A model generated the notes under the pieces. That model was not told the DNA's origin, made no database searches, and saw only the letters and a list, made by a program, of their open reading frames with translations. From Mya arenaria (taxonomy: Eukaryota): a DNA stretch of 64,000 nucleotides. Below are positions 51,455-64,000 of the stretch, in pieces (position 1 is the first letter of the stretch; every line of letters starts with the position of its first letter). The position numbers and the translations under genes are program-made. The stretch is from assembly GCF_026914265.1 (NCBI RefSeq), contig NC_069127.1, positions 1,809,682-1,873,681 on the forward strand. Reading direction: 5' to 3'.

Positions 51455-54400
51455 CTTTTAAATTAAATGCACTATGTTAACCAAACATGCATCAGCATGA
51501 TGAACAAAGTCATAATGGCAAAAGAATAGTTTTATTTGTATATTATGCTTATGAGAGAGGAAATCTCTGATGTAAATTCATCACCATAATTACACATTAT
51601 ATTCCCATCATTCAAACCGGCAGCCATGGTGTCTGATCGCTCTTTGAAAGTAGTTGTAGGAACAGTGAGATTTATAACTAGCAAACGATTGTGTGAACCA
51701 TACCATATTTTCATATTTAACTCGTTATTCGTAATACATGAATGTGCAAACATACGAAGCGATTTAGGATTTTGATTCAATGAAGAACTTTATATAAAGA
51801 TGTTCCACTTTTTTTCGCAAGTTTTTGCGATTGTGCCAGTGCCTTTTATGGCATTATGAACCTTTTCAAAGATAAAGAAAATATATATTTCAAACAGTGT
51901 TCCTAAATGGAAGAAAATGTCGGGCAGTAGTTATGAGAGCATCCGCTTCGTTCTTGTGCATGGTTTAAGTATTAGATGCGCGCGCGACATGCCAAAACAT
52001 TGATTTATGTATAATTGGATTCATTTCAGTGAGGCTAATGTATCTGATGACGAACTTTATAGATGTGTTTTGGTGAAAATTGCGCTGATTCAATGTTTTA
52101 AAGCACTGGTATAACTGTTATTTCCAATTTACTTTTCGTTTATCTTATTTCAATAGATGTGTTTTCCATTCTTTTTTTTCAAAAGAATTAGTAGGTGATT
52201 ACTGTTGCATTATTCCAAACTTCCTTTGTGTTAAGGGATATCAGTTTGTTTCTATTTTACTTCAATATATAAAAAGAGTCATTTTCAGAGCCAACCAAAA
52301 CGAAACTATTTTGTTATAAGAGCTATTTTCTCTACATATTATGTGAAAAGGGCCAAATAAAAGCAGCTTAAGCACTAGTTCACAGAGACAGTCTACGCAT
52401 ACAAATAAGGCCTTAAAGAGATTTCATCTGTACGTATATGCCGTAAATATTCATCGGCTCGAAATGGTATTGAAGGTCTTAGACCAAGTGCCAACCGGGT
52501 TTATGTTCAAACTTTTTGCTACTGAGCTTGTTTCTGTAGCTTTTCACATAATATTGATATTTACAGCAGTTTTATGAGTGCCGTGTGGAAGCTGTAAAAT
52601 GTCGCCCCGCACTTACATTTAATGTTGTCATAATTTCCAGTTTTACAGAGACTGAGGACGGTAGTCTTTAGGTTACATAATGTTAGACAAAGTGCCATTA
52701 AACCGGGTTTATGTTTAAACGTTTTGCTACTGAGCTTGTTTCTGTAGCTTTTCGCATAAATATTGATACTTACAACAGTTTTGTGACTGCCGTGTGGAAG
52801 CTGTAAAAAGACACCCCGCACTTACATTTAATGTTGTCATAATTTCCAGTTTTACAGAGACTGAGGACGGTAGTCTTTAGTTAACATAATCTTAGACCCA
52901 GTGCCATTAAACCGGGTTTATGTTTAAACGTTTTGCTACTGAGCTTGTTTCTGTAGCTTTTCGCATAAATATTGATACAACAGTTTTGTGACTGCCGTGT
53001 GGAAGCTGTAAAAAGACACCCCGCACTTACATTTAATGTTGTCATAATTTCCAGTTTTACAGAGACTGAGGACGGTAGTCTGTAGTTAACATAATGCTAG
53101 ACCAACTGCCATTAAACCGAGTTTATGTTTAAATGTTTTGCTACTGAGCATGTGTCTGTAGGTTTTCGCATAAATACTGAGATCTCTATAATTATTGTTT
53201 CATTTAATAATTAACATGTTTTCGTATCATTCATCATCAGGCTAATACAAATTCTATATGATAAGTATTGAAGTCTCAAGATGAACCTCCCCGTTTCACT
53301 TATTTCTATATCTTTACCTTTCTCTTATTATTACATGTACCAGTTTTCGCATAAATGACCATTCCTTCCAGCACAGACATGTGCTAATGGTTAATATCAC
53401 ATCATCACATAGCTGTGCCAAGAACAAGAGCCCCATCATTTAAAAGCACTCTGCAGTTCTTTGGAAAGACTTGTACATTTCTATATCTGTACCATTCTCT
53501 TATAATTGCATGTACCAGGCTTTGCATAAATGACCATTCCTTCCAGCACAGACATGTGCTAATTGCTAATATCACATCATCACATAGCTGTGCCAAGAAA
53601 AAGGATCATTTTGTGTACAATCCTTTGTTTTTAATATTGAAACATGAATTATTTTCTGAAATACTTTACTTGATTTTGTGTTGAGTATCATAAAACATAT
53701 TTATTGTTGGAATAGTTTTTCATCCAGCACCAAACATCACTGTGATCATACCTTAAGTTGATGATCATAGGAAAGGTCAGCGAAAAATGGCTCTTCTTTT
53801 AGTGAAGAACAGTTTATCTTGTGCTGGTTATGCATTACTAAACAGAAAAAATGTTTGTATATATTTTATTTTGCCCTTTGTGAACACCACTGTTTACGTT
53901 ACCATGTAATGGGACTGACAATATTTAGTGCTGGAGTCGAATGTTCTCCACTATTTCATGCCACCAGTTTCTTTACAGCGTGTTGAATTTCTTGGTTTCA
54001 TGATGAAAAATGGTTTTACAGGCACATTTTACCAGAATTTCCACCAAACACTAATGTGATCGCATAAACAATCTTATAACACACGTGCGAACCGGATTTA
54101 ACTAAATAACAAGTGAGAAAGGCGCCAAAATAAAGAAAGGCGGACAATTAAACATTCGGCGCTTAGAAAGAGTTCCCTCCCTTGATCATTACTAAATTTT
54201 CTCAAAATTTATTAAATTACTAAAATGTTTGGCCATAAATGAACACGGGCTAAACTTTTTTTTTCTGAAAGCATTAAAATAGAACTAGATGATTGTTTTT
54301 TATTGAAAAATAATTAAATAGAGATGTTAAGAAGTCATAAAGTTAGCGCTGGATTCGTCAATCTATTTTTACATCAATTATTTAAAACATGTTGAGCAAA

Positions 54401-57235
54401 ATGGATGATATTCTCCAGCACAGACATATTCTAATGGCAAATATCACATCACCTCATAGTTTTGTCATTTGTACATTTCTATATCTTTAGCTTTCTCTTA
54501 TAATTGCATGTACCTTTTTGCATAAATGGCCATTTGTTCCAGCACAGACATCATCACATAATCACATAGCGGTGCCAAGAAAGGGGCCTTTTTAGTACCA
54601 TTTTCATTGATTTATTTTCTGAAATACTTCACTTGATTTTGTGTCCACTATCATAAAATGTATTTATTATTGGAATATATATTGCCATCCAGCACCAAAC
54701 ATCACTGTGATCATACCTTTAGTTGATGATCATTGCAATGGTCAGCGAAAATTGGCTCTACTTTTTGTGAAGAACAGTTTATCTTATGCTAGTTATAGAT
54801 TACTAAACAGAAACATGTTTGTATATTTATTTCTCTTTTGTGAACATTACAATTCTATCAAAGCAAGGGCCCTCCCCCCCCCACACACAGACATGTGCTA
54901 ATGATTGTATTCGCATCACCGCATATCTGTACCAAGAAAGGTAATCCTCTTGTTATATTTGTTTGACATTCTAGTGCTTTTTGACGTTTAAATATGCAAT
55001 GACACTGGCATCATTTAGTGCTGGAGTCTAATGTCCTTCACTATTTCATGCCAGTGTATTTACAACATGTTGAATTACTTGGTTTCATGAGGAAAGGGTT
55101 TTACAGGAAAAAACTACCAGATTTACCACAAAACAGTACTGTGATCACCTATACAATCTTATAATCACTGCAATGTTTGGCTATAAATGAACATTTCTCT
55201 CAAGGCTATAGAACTAGATGATTCTTTTTTAAACACCAAAATCAAAGAGGGATGGAAACATCTTTACCTGTCTGATCTCATTTGTTTCACAGTTATTCAG
55301 CAGAAAAGAGTAGATATAAAATATAGATATAAGTAGATATTACATCACCACCAACGTGTCCAATCATTGAATGTCTGGAAGCTACTAGATTAATATATAA
55401 CCTTGTAATTACTTTTAATTTTAATATTAACAAAAAAGTATGGTAGTCAGCAAGACAGTTTCGCATATATATATGTAATGGACATGTTTTGTTGGAGGCG
55501 CTGTATGTTTCGTGTTAACTAATTTAGACAAAAATATAAAGGTGTGTAAATAACTCCGATATAGTTTCAGATAATGGCGTATCATACCCCCAAATCCACA
55601 AGATGCTTTATTAAATAGAATTTGTGGGAATTTCCAAATGTTTAACTAACTCGAATACTCATTCGCAACATGCTTTTGAGAAAGATACATGGGCGCTATA
55701 TTTAAAATGATCTTTCGGTTGTATTGCGTGTTTATAATGGCTTTTGTTTTTAACATACGGGGAAGGGGATTAGAAAATGTCGATAAGGTTTAAGAATTCA
55801 CATGAATATACAAACACTTTGATAAGTTAACATTACTTAAAGCTACTGGGCCTTTAAGAAAGTCATGTGATATGCGAATTGTGTACTGATGTTTTGTGCG
55901 CTAAATTAAGAATATACTTTCGGTTTTGTTGCATGTTAATAATTATGATACATGCTGTTTTAATTCGTCCTTGGTGTTAAATCATATCAAAAAGGTTGAG
56001 AGGAGTCATTTGCATAATCATATTCTGATAAGTTTACATAACATAAACATACTGGGCCTTTAATTATAAGGCACGCCTGGATGTGTATAATTGTATCTTA
56101 AAATGATCATAAAAAATAGAATAATTCTTTCATAACATACAATAAATGTTTGATTTACCTTGATTTATTGCAGAAGAAAATTCAATAAACGTACTAGCCT
56201 TTAATTGTAAGGCATGCATGTATGTGTATGATAGTATCTTAAAATGATCATAAAAAATATAATAATTCTTTCATAACATACAATAAATGTTTGATTTACC
56301 TTGATTTATTGCAGAAGGAAATTGCATAAACGTACTAGCCTTTAATTGTAAGGCATGCATGTATGTGTATGATTGTATCTTAAAATGATAATAAAAAGTA
56401 TAATAATTATTTCATAACATACAATAAATGTTTGATTTACCTTGATATATTGCAGAAGGAAATTCCATAAACGTACTGAGCCTTTAATTGTAAGTCATGC
56501 ATGTATGTGAATGATTGTAATTAAAAAAATCCTTAAAAATATCAAACCTTTTTGAGGATAATTAATAAATGTTTTACTTACCTTAGAAATAAAGTAAATT
56601 CCATTTGTGTATTGTCTGCTTAAAGCAGAACTTTACTCTAACTGAATATATTCTTCTTCTTTAACACAATGTTAATGGTTGTTGTGTAATTGTGTTGCTA
56701 GCCTGTTGTGTGAAGTTTTGATGCCCTATACTGATGATCCTCACTTTAAGTACAGAGCCCTTTTTATGTCCCCTTTCTCACCTCTCTCTATCTACTTGTT
56801 ATCTCATAATTACCTGGACTACTCTTCCTCTCCATTACTGCTAATAACAATGAGGGACATAATTGTATGCTCCTAATTAGCAAGGGAGCTAATTATTAGG
56901 CTGTCCATCTTTACAGGATATTTTGTGAAGGGAAGTAATTATGTTTTTACTAATTTGAACATGGGTAAAATAATAGATTGTGGTGGTTTGTTATTTTAAG
57001 TGTTTGGTGCATTCAAATAATTAAAAGAAGATTATAACAGGTTTTAGAGACAAAGATGGACAATTCATTCAAATTTATTTTCTAATTATTTTTGAATGAT
57101 AAGCACTTTCTTCCTGTCTTAAACATTTTCATTTATAAAAACATTTTTTTTCTTTTCTGAAATGATATTTACATTATTTTAACAAAAAAATCAAAACTTT
57201 AATTTGCAATTTCAAAATCTTAATGATCCGTTAAT
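51455..57235. repeat. Tandem segmental duplication, unit 2 (about 5.8 kb)
   Basis: See unit 1. Unit 2 has one more 190-bp monomer (52478-53184) and more copies of the 150-bp satellite (55800-56560) than unit 1. Confidence 0.85.
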
Positions 57236-58943
57236 AAATAATCGAAAAATGTTCATGATTTTTTGAATACTTTAGTTTTATAACAAAAATACACACATAC
57301 TATGAATTCAACCATTTAATCATCATGTTGTTTTTAATTCTTGAAATTCTAATAATATTGTTTTTCATACTACAGTTCATCAGTTTAAATGCATAATCAT
57401 CATAAACTATAAAAAAGCTATGGACAGAAATTGTTATACTAGTACATATATATTACGAAATATGACTCTCTGTTAAATGAATGCATTTATGATCTAAAAA
57501 AGATTCATTCAAGTAATATGACAGCAGAGCATTTCTATACATGTTTTAAAACTACTTTGTACTCTCACTTTCATATATTTTCAAATTCTTATCAAGACAT
57601 GATGGATGTGAATATTTTTTTTTATCTTTTTATTCTTTTACCTCATCTGAAATACAATGTTTTAAAGGCAGCCAGTATTATTTTCATGAACTTTAGTGCA
57701 CATGTTTCCCTTGTCAACAAACAACCTTAAAAAATGTGACAACAAAGGGTAAACGTGCATCTCATCCCGTATATCCACATGCGATCATACAGCACTATAA
57801 GTAGAATTATAGTTGACGAGAACATAAAGACCAATTTTGAAAGATTGCTTAACGATTTTACAAAGATGAGAACTATTATTTTCTTGTAATTAGTTTGCCA
57901 GTACCCTGGTATAATGTTTAACGCCCTTCAGTAAACACGTGGCGTTATTGCCTTTTTTCTCCTATAGTTTTTTAGGAGAAGTTGAAATTTGCGACCTCTG
58001 CAAGATTTTGTTTTCAAAAGCTACTTCTATTCAGAGTCGTGAACACATTTAGTATTGATAATTACAATATTTATTTCACTTCAATATATCACCCATTTGT
58101 CAAGATAATTATAAAACTCCATTACAGCATTTCCAACTATTGCTGTCGAAAGCAACTCGAAATTGTGAAAATATATTGTTAGTATTATAACACCTTATTA
58201 TTAAAATATAATTATATCTAAAAATAACAAGTTTTAAAACATCAAAATGCGAAGCGTCGTGTCATTCGTTCCTGTAACGCCGAAATGTTATGGGAGACGC
58301 CTTTACATACACTATCAGTTCTATGCATTACATATGTTACCAATACAAAAATGTTTTTGATACCATATTTATGCGAAAAGCGATGACATAAAGTAACATT
58401 TTAATGATTACAATTGGGCTGACTGAGCTTAGCAAGATTACTGCCTCATTGGTTAAGACATTTTCAATGCAAAATCTGAAAGAGGAAGTGTGTATAGAAT
58501 GAGTGGCAGTTTAAATAACCGCGATAGTGTTATTTTTTAATGAATAAGCATAGTACTTAATGATAACATATCTGCAATTTCATCGGCTGAACATGTAGAT
58601 TATATTCTAAGTAATAGTTTGATGACATGAAGTAAATTCTTAATGAATAAGAATGGGCAGAGTGAGCGTAGCAAACGCGCCCTTCTTAATCATTAAGAAA
58701 TTTCTTGAGGCTATCTAACTAAGAATGGGCGGAGTTTGCTTAGCTAGAATACAACCTCATTGCCTGATGCCATTGACCATTAAAATCTGACGCAGGGAGT
58801 GTGTATCGGAAGAGTGGGAGTGACGGACCGTTGAACACCCGCGAAAGGTGAAAATCGTAATAAAAGTTCAATAATTAATGATTGCCTATCTGCAAATTTA
58901 TTGGCTTAACATGTTGGTTGTTTTAAACAACACGTTTATAAAC

Positions 58944-61900
58944 AAAGGTCGATTGTTCTACGTCTCTCTGTGTTGTCTTTATTACAGAAACCAAGCTTTT
59001 ATATATTCATCTTGGTTGTCTGGCACAAAACACCTCAACAGTGAATTAACGAAGTAAATTAACAGATCTCTGTTACCTATCAAGACTCTGTAGGTGTTAA
59101 TTTACTAAATTCAAAGTTATGCCTTTATGTTAGACGATAATCAGCATCACTATACGCACATTGCTTTAATATTCTGCGTGTTTTTGGTAAATGCTTGTTA
59201 AATGATTATTGTATTTGCTTTTATTCATGAATATACACATATCGATGTACCATTTTCAAAAAATCATAGCCGTTATTAATTCCATAATAAAATAAGTATC
59301 AACGTTTAGTATGCCTAAAAAATGACCAGATTTCATTTTTAAAACGAGACACAAAATGTGCAATCATTATTTTTGTTAAAGTTCACGCGTATTTTACCTG
59401 CACATGATTATATTTTTTGCTAGAAACTTTCGTATATAAATGCTAATTTGATAAATTGTTTTATTTGACATCGAGAATATCTATGTAATATCTATGTCAT
59501 AAGGGACGTCCTGAGTGAACTGTTTCAATGTTCAGGATGAATGAAAAGAAATGTAATTGACACAATTCTTCTGCAAGCCTTTGATAATAGGACCATTATA
59601 TTTATAAAATGCATAGTATATATTATGTGTAAAAAGTGAACTATTGAGTTTTGTTATTTAAATAACATCATTTGATTCTTTCGTTTACATGAAAGAAACA
59701 ATTGTATGGACTACTTTATAAAAAGAAGTTCCCTTGGATAAAAATAAACTTCTGTCAAAGTCGGCGTCTGCAACGAAATCGATCATGTTAAGTTAATGAT
59801 TAGAGCTAAGCCCTTCACCCTTTGTTAATGATTGTTTTCTTTTCTATGGGAGCTCAACTTTAAATTATTTTTCTTGGATCTATGGCACAAAAATGTTTTT
59901 AGCAAAGTAATTAATAATGTCTGTTTTCTCTGTTAGACAATGGAAGTGTAATGTTCACTGTTTTCGAAGTTAATCTTGTCAGATTCGGCATTTTTTGTGC
60001 TGCAGTAAATTAGACAAATGTATTGGGGTATTTGTTGATGTCAGTGAAAGGGCGTATTTCATTTTACAAGCGATCATAAAAATAATATATTCTCTGGCAT
60101 CAAGAAATGGCCTAATTAATTCTTTTCCCCGGAGATTTATTGATGTAATATTAAAATATTTTTGCCAAAAAAAGAGCCCATAAAAAATACTTTTGAAATA
60201 ATGTAATTTGTTTTCTTTATTTAATCCGATAAATCGCTGTTTGATTTTTTGAATGTGAATTCCTAACAAACAAATCTAGCCCTTTTTTATTATACATGTA
60301 ATATACATTCTCATGTTTTATGACGTTTTTCATATGCGATTGTGCTAGACAGATTTCACTTGTTGTTTCTACCTACTGTGGCATTTTCTCTCACTTAGAA
60401 CTAACTACTGCCGGTATCACACCCATAATGCATACATATAAATGTATGTACTGTTTGCCTTAGATCGCTTTTATAGACCAATTCAAAGGAAGCTCAGAAT
60501 TACACTAACATAAACGGCGCAACGACACACGAAACTTTTTCAAGCATTGACAGCCGCTACTGGAGTAGAACAAATTGACCGTCACATCGATGCAAAGCGG
60601 CGTTCGTTGTTTAAATGACTGTTGAACGTTTCGTGAAGTGTATTTTTAATCAATTGTTCAAGTTGTTTTATGACACGGACGATTTTCCAGCTTTTGATTT
60701 CATTTTATTACGAACATTTACAGTTATAATATATTTTTTTAAATGTTACAAAGGCTAAAAAAACAATGTTAAGTAAATTATTTCACGTTTTAGAAATTCG
60801 AAGCTGAACCTTTTTAGCCTAATCTGCAACAAAAACATGACACATTGGTATTTGACTAGGTTATAGAAGGCGTCCTATGTTTTTCATCGGATATTTAGTA
60901 TGAACGGTGCCAGGCAACACGCCGATAACACGGTTCTAGAGACTTGTTAAATTTGGAACGTTTCAACAAATACATGTACTGACAAAATACGAGCCTAAGT
61001 AGCAGTGCATACTGAACGTTCCCCTGTATTCATTGAATTGATAGCGGCCAAACATCAAATGCAATTACCGTGTAACTCATTCAAAATCAGTTTATTGTAA
61101 AAACAAAGTTCATAAAATATATAGCCTGCAAATTCAATCAGTTTAATATCATGCTATACAATCAATAAACATTACTCGTTACACTTTTCTAATTGACTTG
61201 CACCAGGATACACGTGTTTTACATTCCTTCATGGATTCGTCAGGTATTCGAAGATTAGCACATTCTTTTGACATCAGTGATTCAATACTTAGTTTCGCTG
61301 TTCTCTTTCAGAAAAATTGAATACTAAAATGCATTATGTAACCGTAATTGACAAATACAACAATCTTATCTCTAATGTAACGTGAACACACTTCATTGAA
61401 TGTCAACAATGAATTAATATTTCTCTGCGTCAAGGTGTCAATTAACAATGTCTCACATTCTGTATGATGCAGTGTTCAAAAGTAGTTTGCTCTGTTAAAT
61501 ATTTTACGCAAATCAAAAGGTTAACAAAATTACATGGTTGAAACGTTTTAATCGATTTTTTTTACTTATTTCTTAGAATCAATAGCATACAAGTAGTTTT
61601 AAACTCGATCCTCTCTTGAAATGTTTAAGGCTTTTAGTGCAAACCAAACACGTCCATTTAATTCTAAGCAATCTTGGTAAATCATTTTTACGACATTTTA
61701 AAACAATTTGAGCAGAAAGCCAGACAAAATTTCTTTTAACCTGATCCTTTTTTTATTTCTCCATGGTAAGCAGGATAATGATTGGATTTAGTTTTGTAAT
61801 AGGATGATTCACACATACTTGTGCAGTTTCTGTGAAAATTGCAATATGATTTAGAAGTTTATCAAAGGTATATTGGTTGCTTTGAAGAAAGATGGATTAC

Positions 61901-62190
61901 ATCCCATAAATGGATACACATACACTACTAACAAATGATCAACTGATGTGTAAGTTTGGTAAGTAGGAAATGCCTCGCATGCCGTTTTGTCTGAACAAAG
62001 CAGCGTTAACATTTCAGCCTCGAGTGGGTCACGTGCTTCGTTTTCATTCACGACATTGTCAATTTCGGTTTCGTCCTCAAAGGCAAGACTTTGCAAAAGG
62101 TTCGCCAAATTGCCCGGATATCTCATCGACTTGACGGAGAAGATTGCCGTGGACACTGGCTTGCAAAGAAGCGTATAACAATCTAAAAGA
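58944..62190. repeat. Dispersed segmental duplication, copy B, embedded between tandem-unit 2 and the terminal higher-order array
   Basis: See copy A (33582-37870). Directly after 62190 the sequence resumes array-associated sequence (ggcggacaattaaacattcggcgcttagaaagagttccctcc), the same as at 46425 and 54130. Confidence 0.85.
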
Positions 62191-64000
62191 GAGGCGGACA
62201 ATTAAACATTCGGCGCTTAGAAAGAGTTCCCTCCCTTGATCATTATTAAATTTTCTCAAAATTTGTTAAATTACTAAAATGTTTGGCTATAAATGAACAC
62301 GGTAAATTTACATTTCTCTTATAATTGCATGTACCAGTTTTTGCATAAATGACCAGTCTTTCCAGCACAGACATGTGCTAATGGTTAATATCACATCCTC
62401 ACATAGTTGTGTCAGGGAAAAGAGTCATTTTGTTTAACACGTTTTATATTATTATTGAAACATTTCTTTTGTTAAATACTTCACTTGATTTTGTATTGAA
62501 TGTCGTAAAACATATTTATTGTTGGAATATTTTGCCATCCAGCACCAAACATCACTGTGATCATACCTTAAGTTGATGATCATAGCAATGGTCAGCGAAA
62601 AATGGCTCTTCTTTCGGTGAAGAACAGTATAACTTCTGCTGATAATGGAATACTAAACAGAAACATGTTTGTATTTATTTTGTTTCTCCTTTGTGGACAC
62701 CAAAGTTTACCAAAGCAATGACCATTTCTCCCAGCACAGGCATGTGCTAATGATTGTATTCACATCACCACATATCTGTACCAAGAAAAGTAATCCTCTT
62801 GTTATGTTTGGTTGACATTCTAGTGTTTGTTGACGTTAACATGCAATGACACTGGCATCATTTAGTGCTGAAGTCTGATGTCCTTCACTATCAAATGCCA
62901 GTATCTTTACAACATGTTGAAATTCTTGGTTGCATAAGGAAAAGGGTTTTACAGGTAGAATATATCAGATTTAAGATCAAACACTACTGTGATCAAATAA
63001 ATAATCTTATAATCATTGCAATGTTTGGCTATCAATGATCACTGGCATTACGGTTTTTCTGAATGCTTTTAAATAGTACTAGATGATTATTTTTTTATCG
63101 AACAATAATTAAATAGCAATGTTTAGAGGTAACAAAGTTAGCGCTGGATTTGAAAATTTATTATTATATCAATTATTTTAAATTTGCTGTGCAAAAAGAA
63201 CCATTTTTTCCAGCACAGACATGTGCTAATGGCAAATACCACATCACCACATAGCTGTGCCAGTAAAAAGAGACCTATCGTTTAAGAGCAATGTGCAGTT
63301 CTTTGAAAGTACTTGTAAACTTGTATATGTTTACCTTTCTCTTATAATTGCATGTACCAGTTTTTGCATAAATGACCAGTCTTTCCAGCACAGACATGTG
63401 CTAATGGTTAATATCACATCATCACATAGCTGTGTCAGGGAAAGGGCCATTTTTTAACATGTATTGTTTTATTATTGAAACATGTCTTTTGTTAAATACT
63501 TCACTTGATTTTGTATTGAGTGTCATAAAACATATTTATTGTTGGAATATTTTGCCATCCAGCACCAAACTTCACTGTGATCATACACTCTGTTGATGAT
63601 CATAGCAATGGTCAGCGAAAAATGGCTCTTCTTTCGGTGAGGAAGAGTATTACTTCTGCTGATAATGGAATACTAAACAGAAACGTGTTTGTATTTATTT
63701 TGTTTCTCCTTCGTGAATACCACAGTGAACACCATAGTTTACCAAAGCAAGGACCATTTCTCCCAGCACAGGCATGTGCTAATGATTGTATTCACATCAC
63801 CACATATCTGTACGAAGAAAAGTAATCCTCTTGTTATGTTTGGTTGACATTCTAGTGTTTGTTGACGTTAACATGCAATGACACTGGCATCATTTAGTGC
63901 TGAAGTCTTATGTCCTTCATTATCAAATGCAAGTATCTTTACAACATGTTGAATTTCTTGGTTGCATAAGGAAAAGAGTTTTATAGGTAGAATCTATCAG

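Larger units (their letters stand above)
43960..51455. repeat. Tandem segmental duplication, unit 1 (about 7.5 kb)
   Basis: 43960-44990 matches 51455-52490 at about 98% identity (the 82-aa ORFs 44043..44291 and 51532..51780 differ at 2 residues). 45590-47760 matches 53280-55440. 49900-51455 matches 55440-57235. Unit 1 has an extra internal duplication of about 2.1 kb (about 47830-49990) that unit 2 lacks. Confidence 0.85.

Noticed and set aside
44043-51780. Two intact 82-aa minus ORFs (44043..44291 and 51532..51780), 97% identical
   Set aside because: They lie in the 98%-identical young tandem duplication, so conservation carries no information. I recognise no domain. An 82-codon ORF is within the chance expectation for about 65% AT DNA of this length.
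45062-52821. 86-aa minus ORFs 45062..45322 and 52561..52821, and the related 26408..26644
   Set aside because: They are entirely inside 190-bp satellite monomers, so they are periodic-repeat artefacts.
45960-64000. Recurrent 63-108 aa plus-strand ORFs in every M block of the 1-kb array (46935.., 48180.., 49158.., 54641.., 63577..; MIIPYFDDHSNGQRK...LNRNMFV...)
   Set aside because: Aligning sub-family copies shows indels that are not multiples of 3 (48 vs 50 nt before CAGCACAGG; a variable C-run). After those the translations diverge completely, so there is no coding constraint. The ORF persistence is a by-product of repeat homogenisation.
1-64000. tRNA, rRNA or snRNA genes
   Set aside because: I found no cloverleaf-compatible A/B-box candidates (for example GGTTCGANTCC-type T-arms) or rRNA-like blocks by eye. 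This needs a covariance-model scan to be definitive.

Overview
This 64-kb window is AT-rich (roughly 65% A+T by eye) metazoan-type DNA that is poor in genes and dominated by repeats; I cannot name the organism. I found no intact multi-gene system of any kind.

The recognisable coding content is:
- a decayed non-LTR retrotransposon (LINE) ORF2 with reverse-transcriptase motifs;
- a decayed Tc1/mariner DNA transposon;
- a terminal C2H2 zinc-finger exon that carries a frameshift;
- a phase-consistent two-exon coding fragment of unknown product at about 6.4-7.45 kb on the minus strand.

Everything else is repeat structure:
- several families of foldback or MITE-like elements with long terminal inverted repeats;
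- satellites of about 175, 190 and 150 bp, minisatellites of 25 and 30 bp, and a few microsatellites;
- a complex higher-order tandem array with a period of about 1 kb that carries a conserved roughly 60-bp box with a short dyad;
- two levels of segmental duplication: a tandem duplication of about 7.5/5.8 kb at 43.96-57.2 kb, and a dispersed duplicate of about 3.3-4.3 kb at 33.58-37.87 kb and 58.94-62.19 kb.

Most ORFs of 60 aa or more in the supplied track lie inside repeats and are about as frequent as chance stop-codon spacing predicts in DNA this AT-rich. My reading is a heterochromatin-like or transposon-graveyard locus, with no evidence for a novel functional gene system. The points worth following up are the architecture of the repeats and the one unidentified spliced coding fragment.
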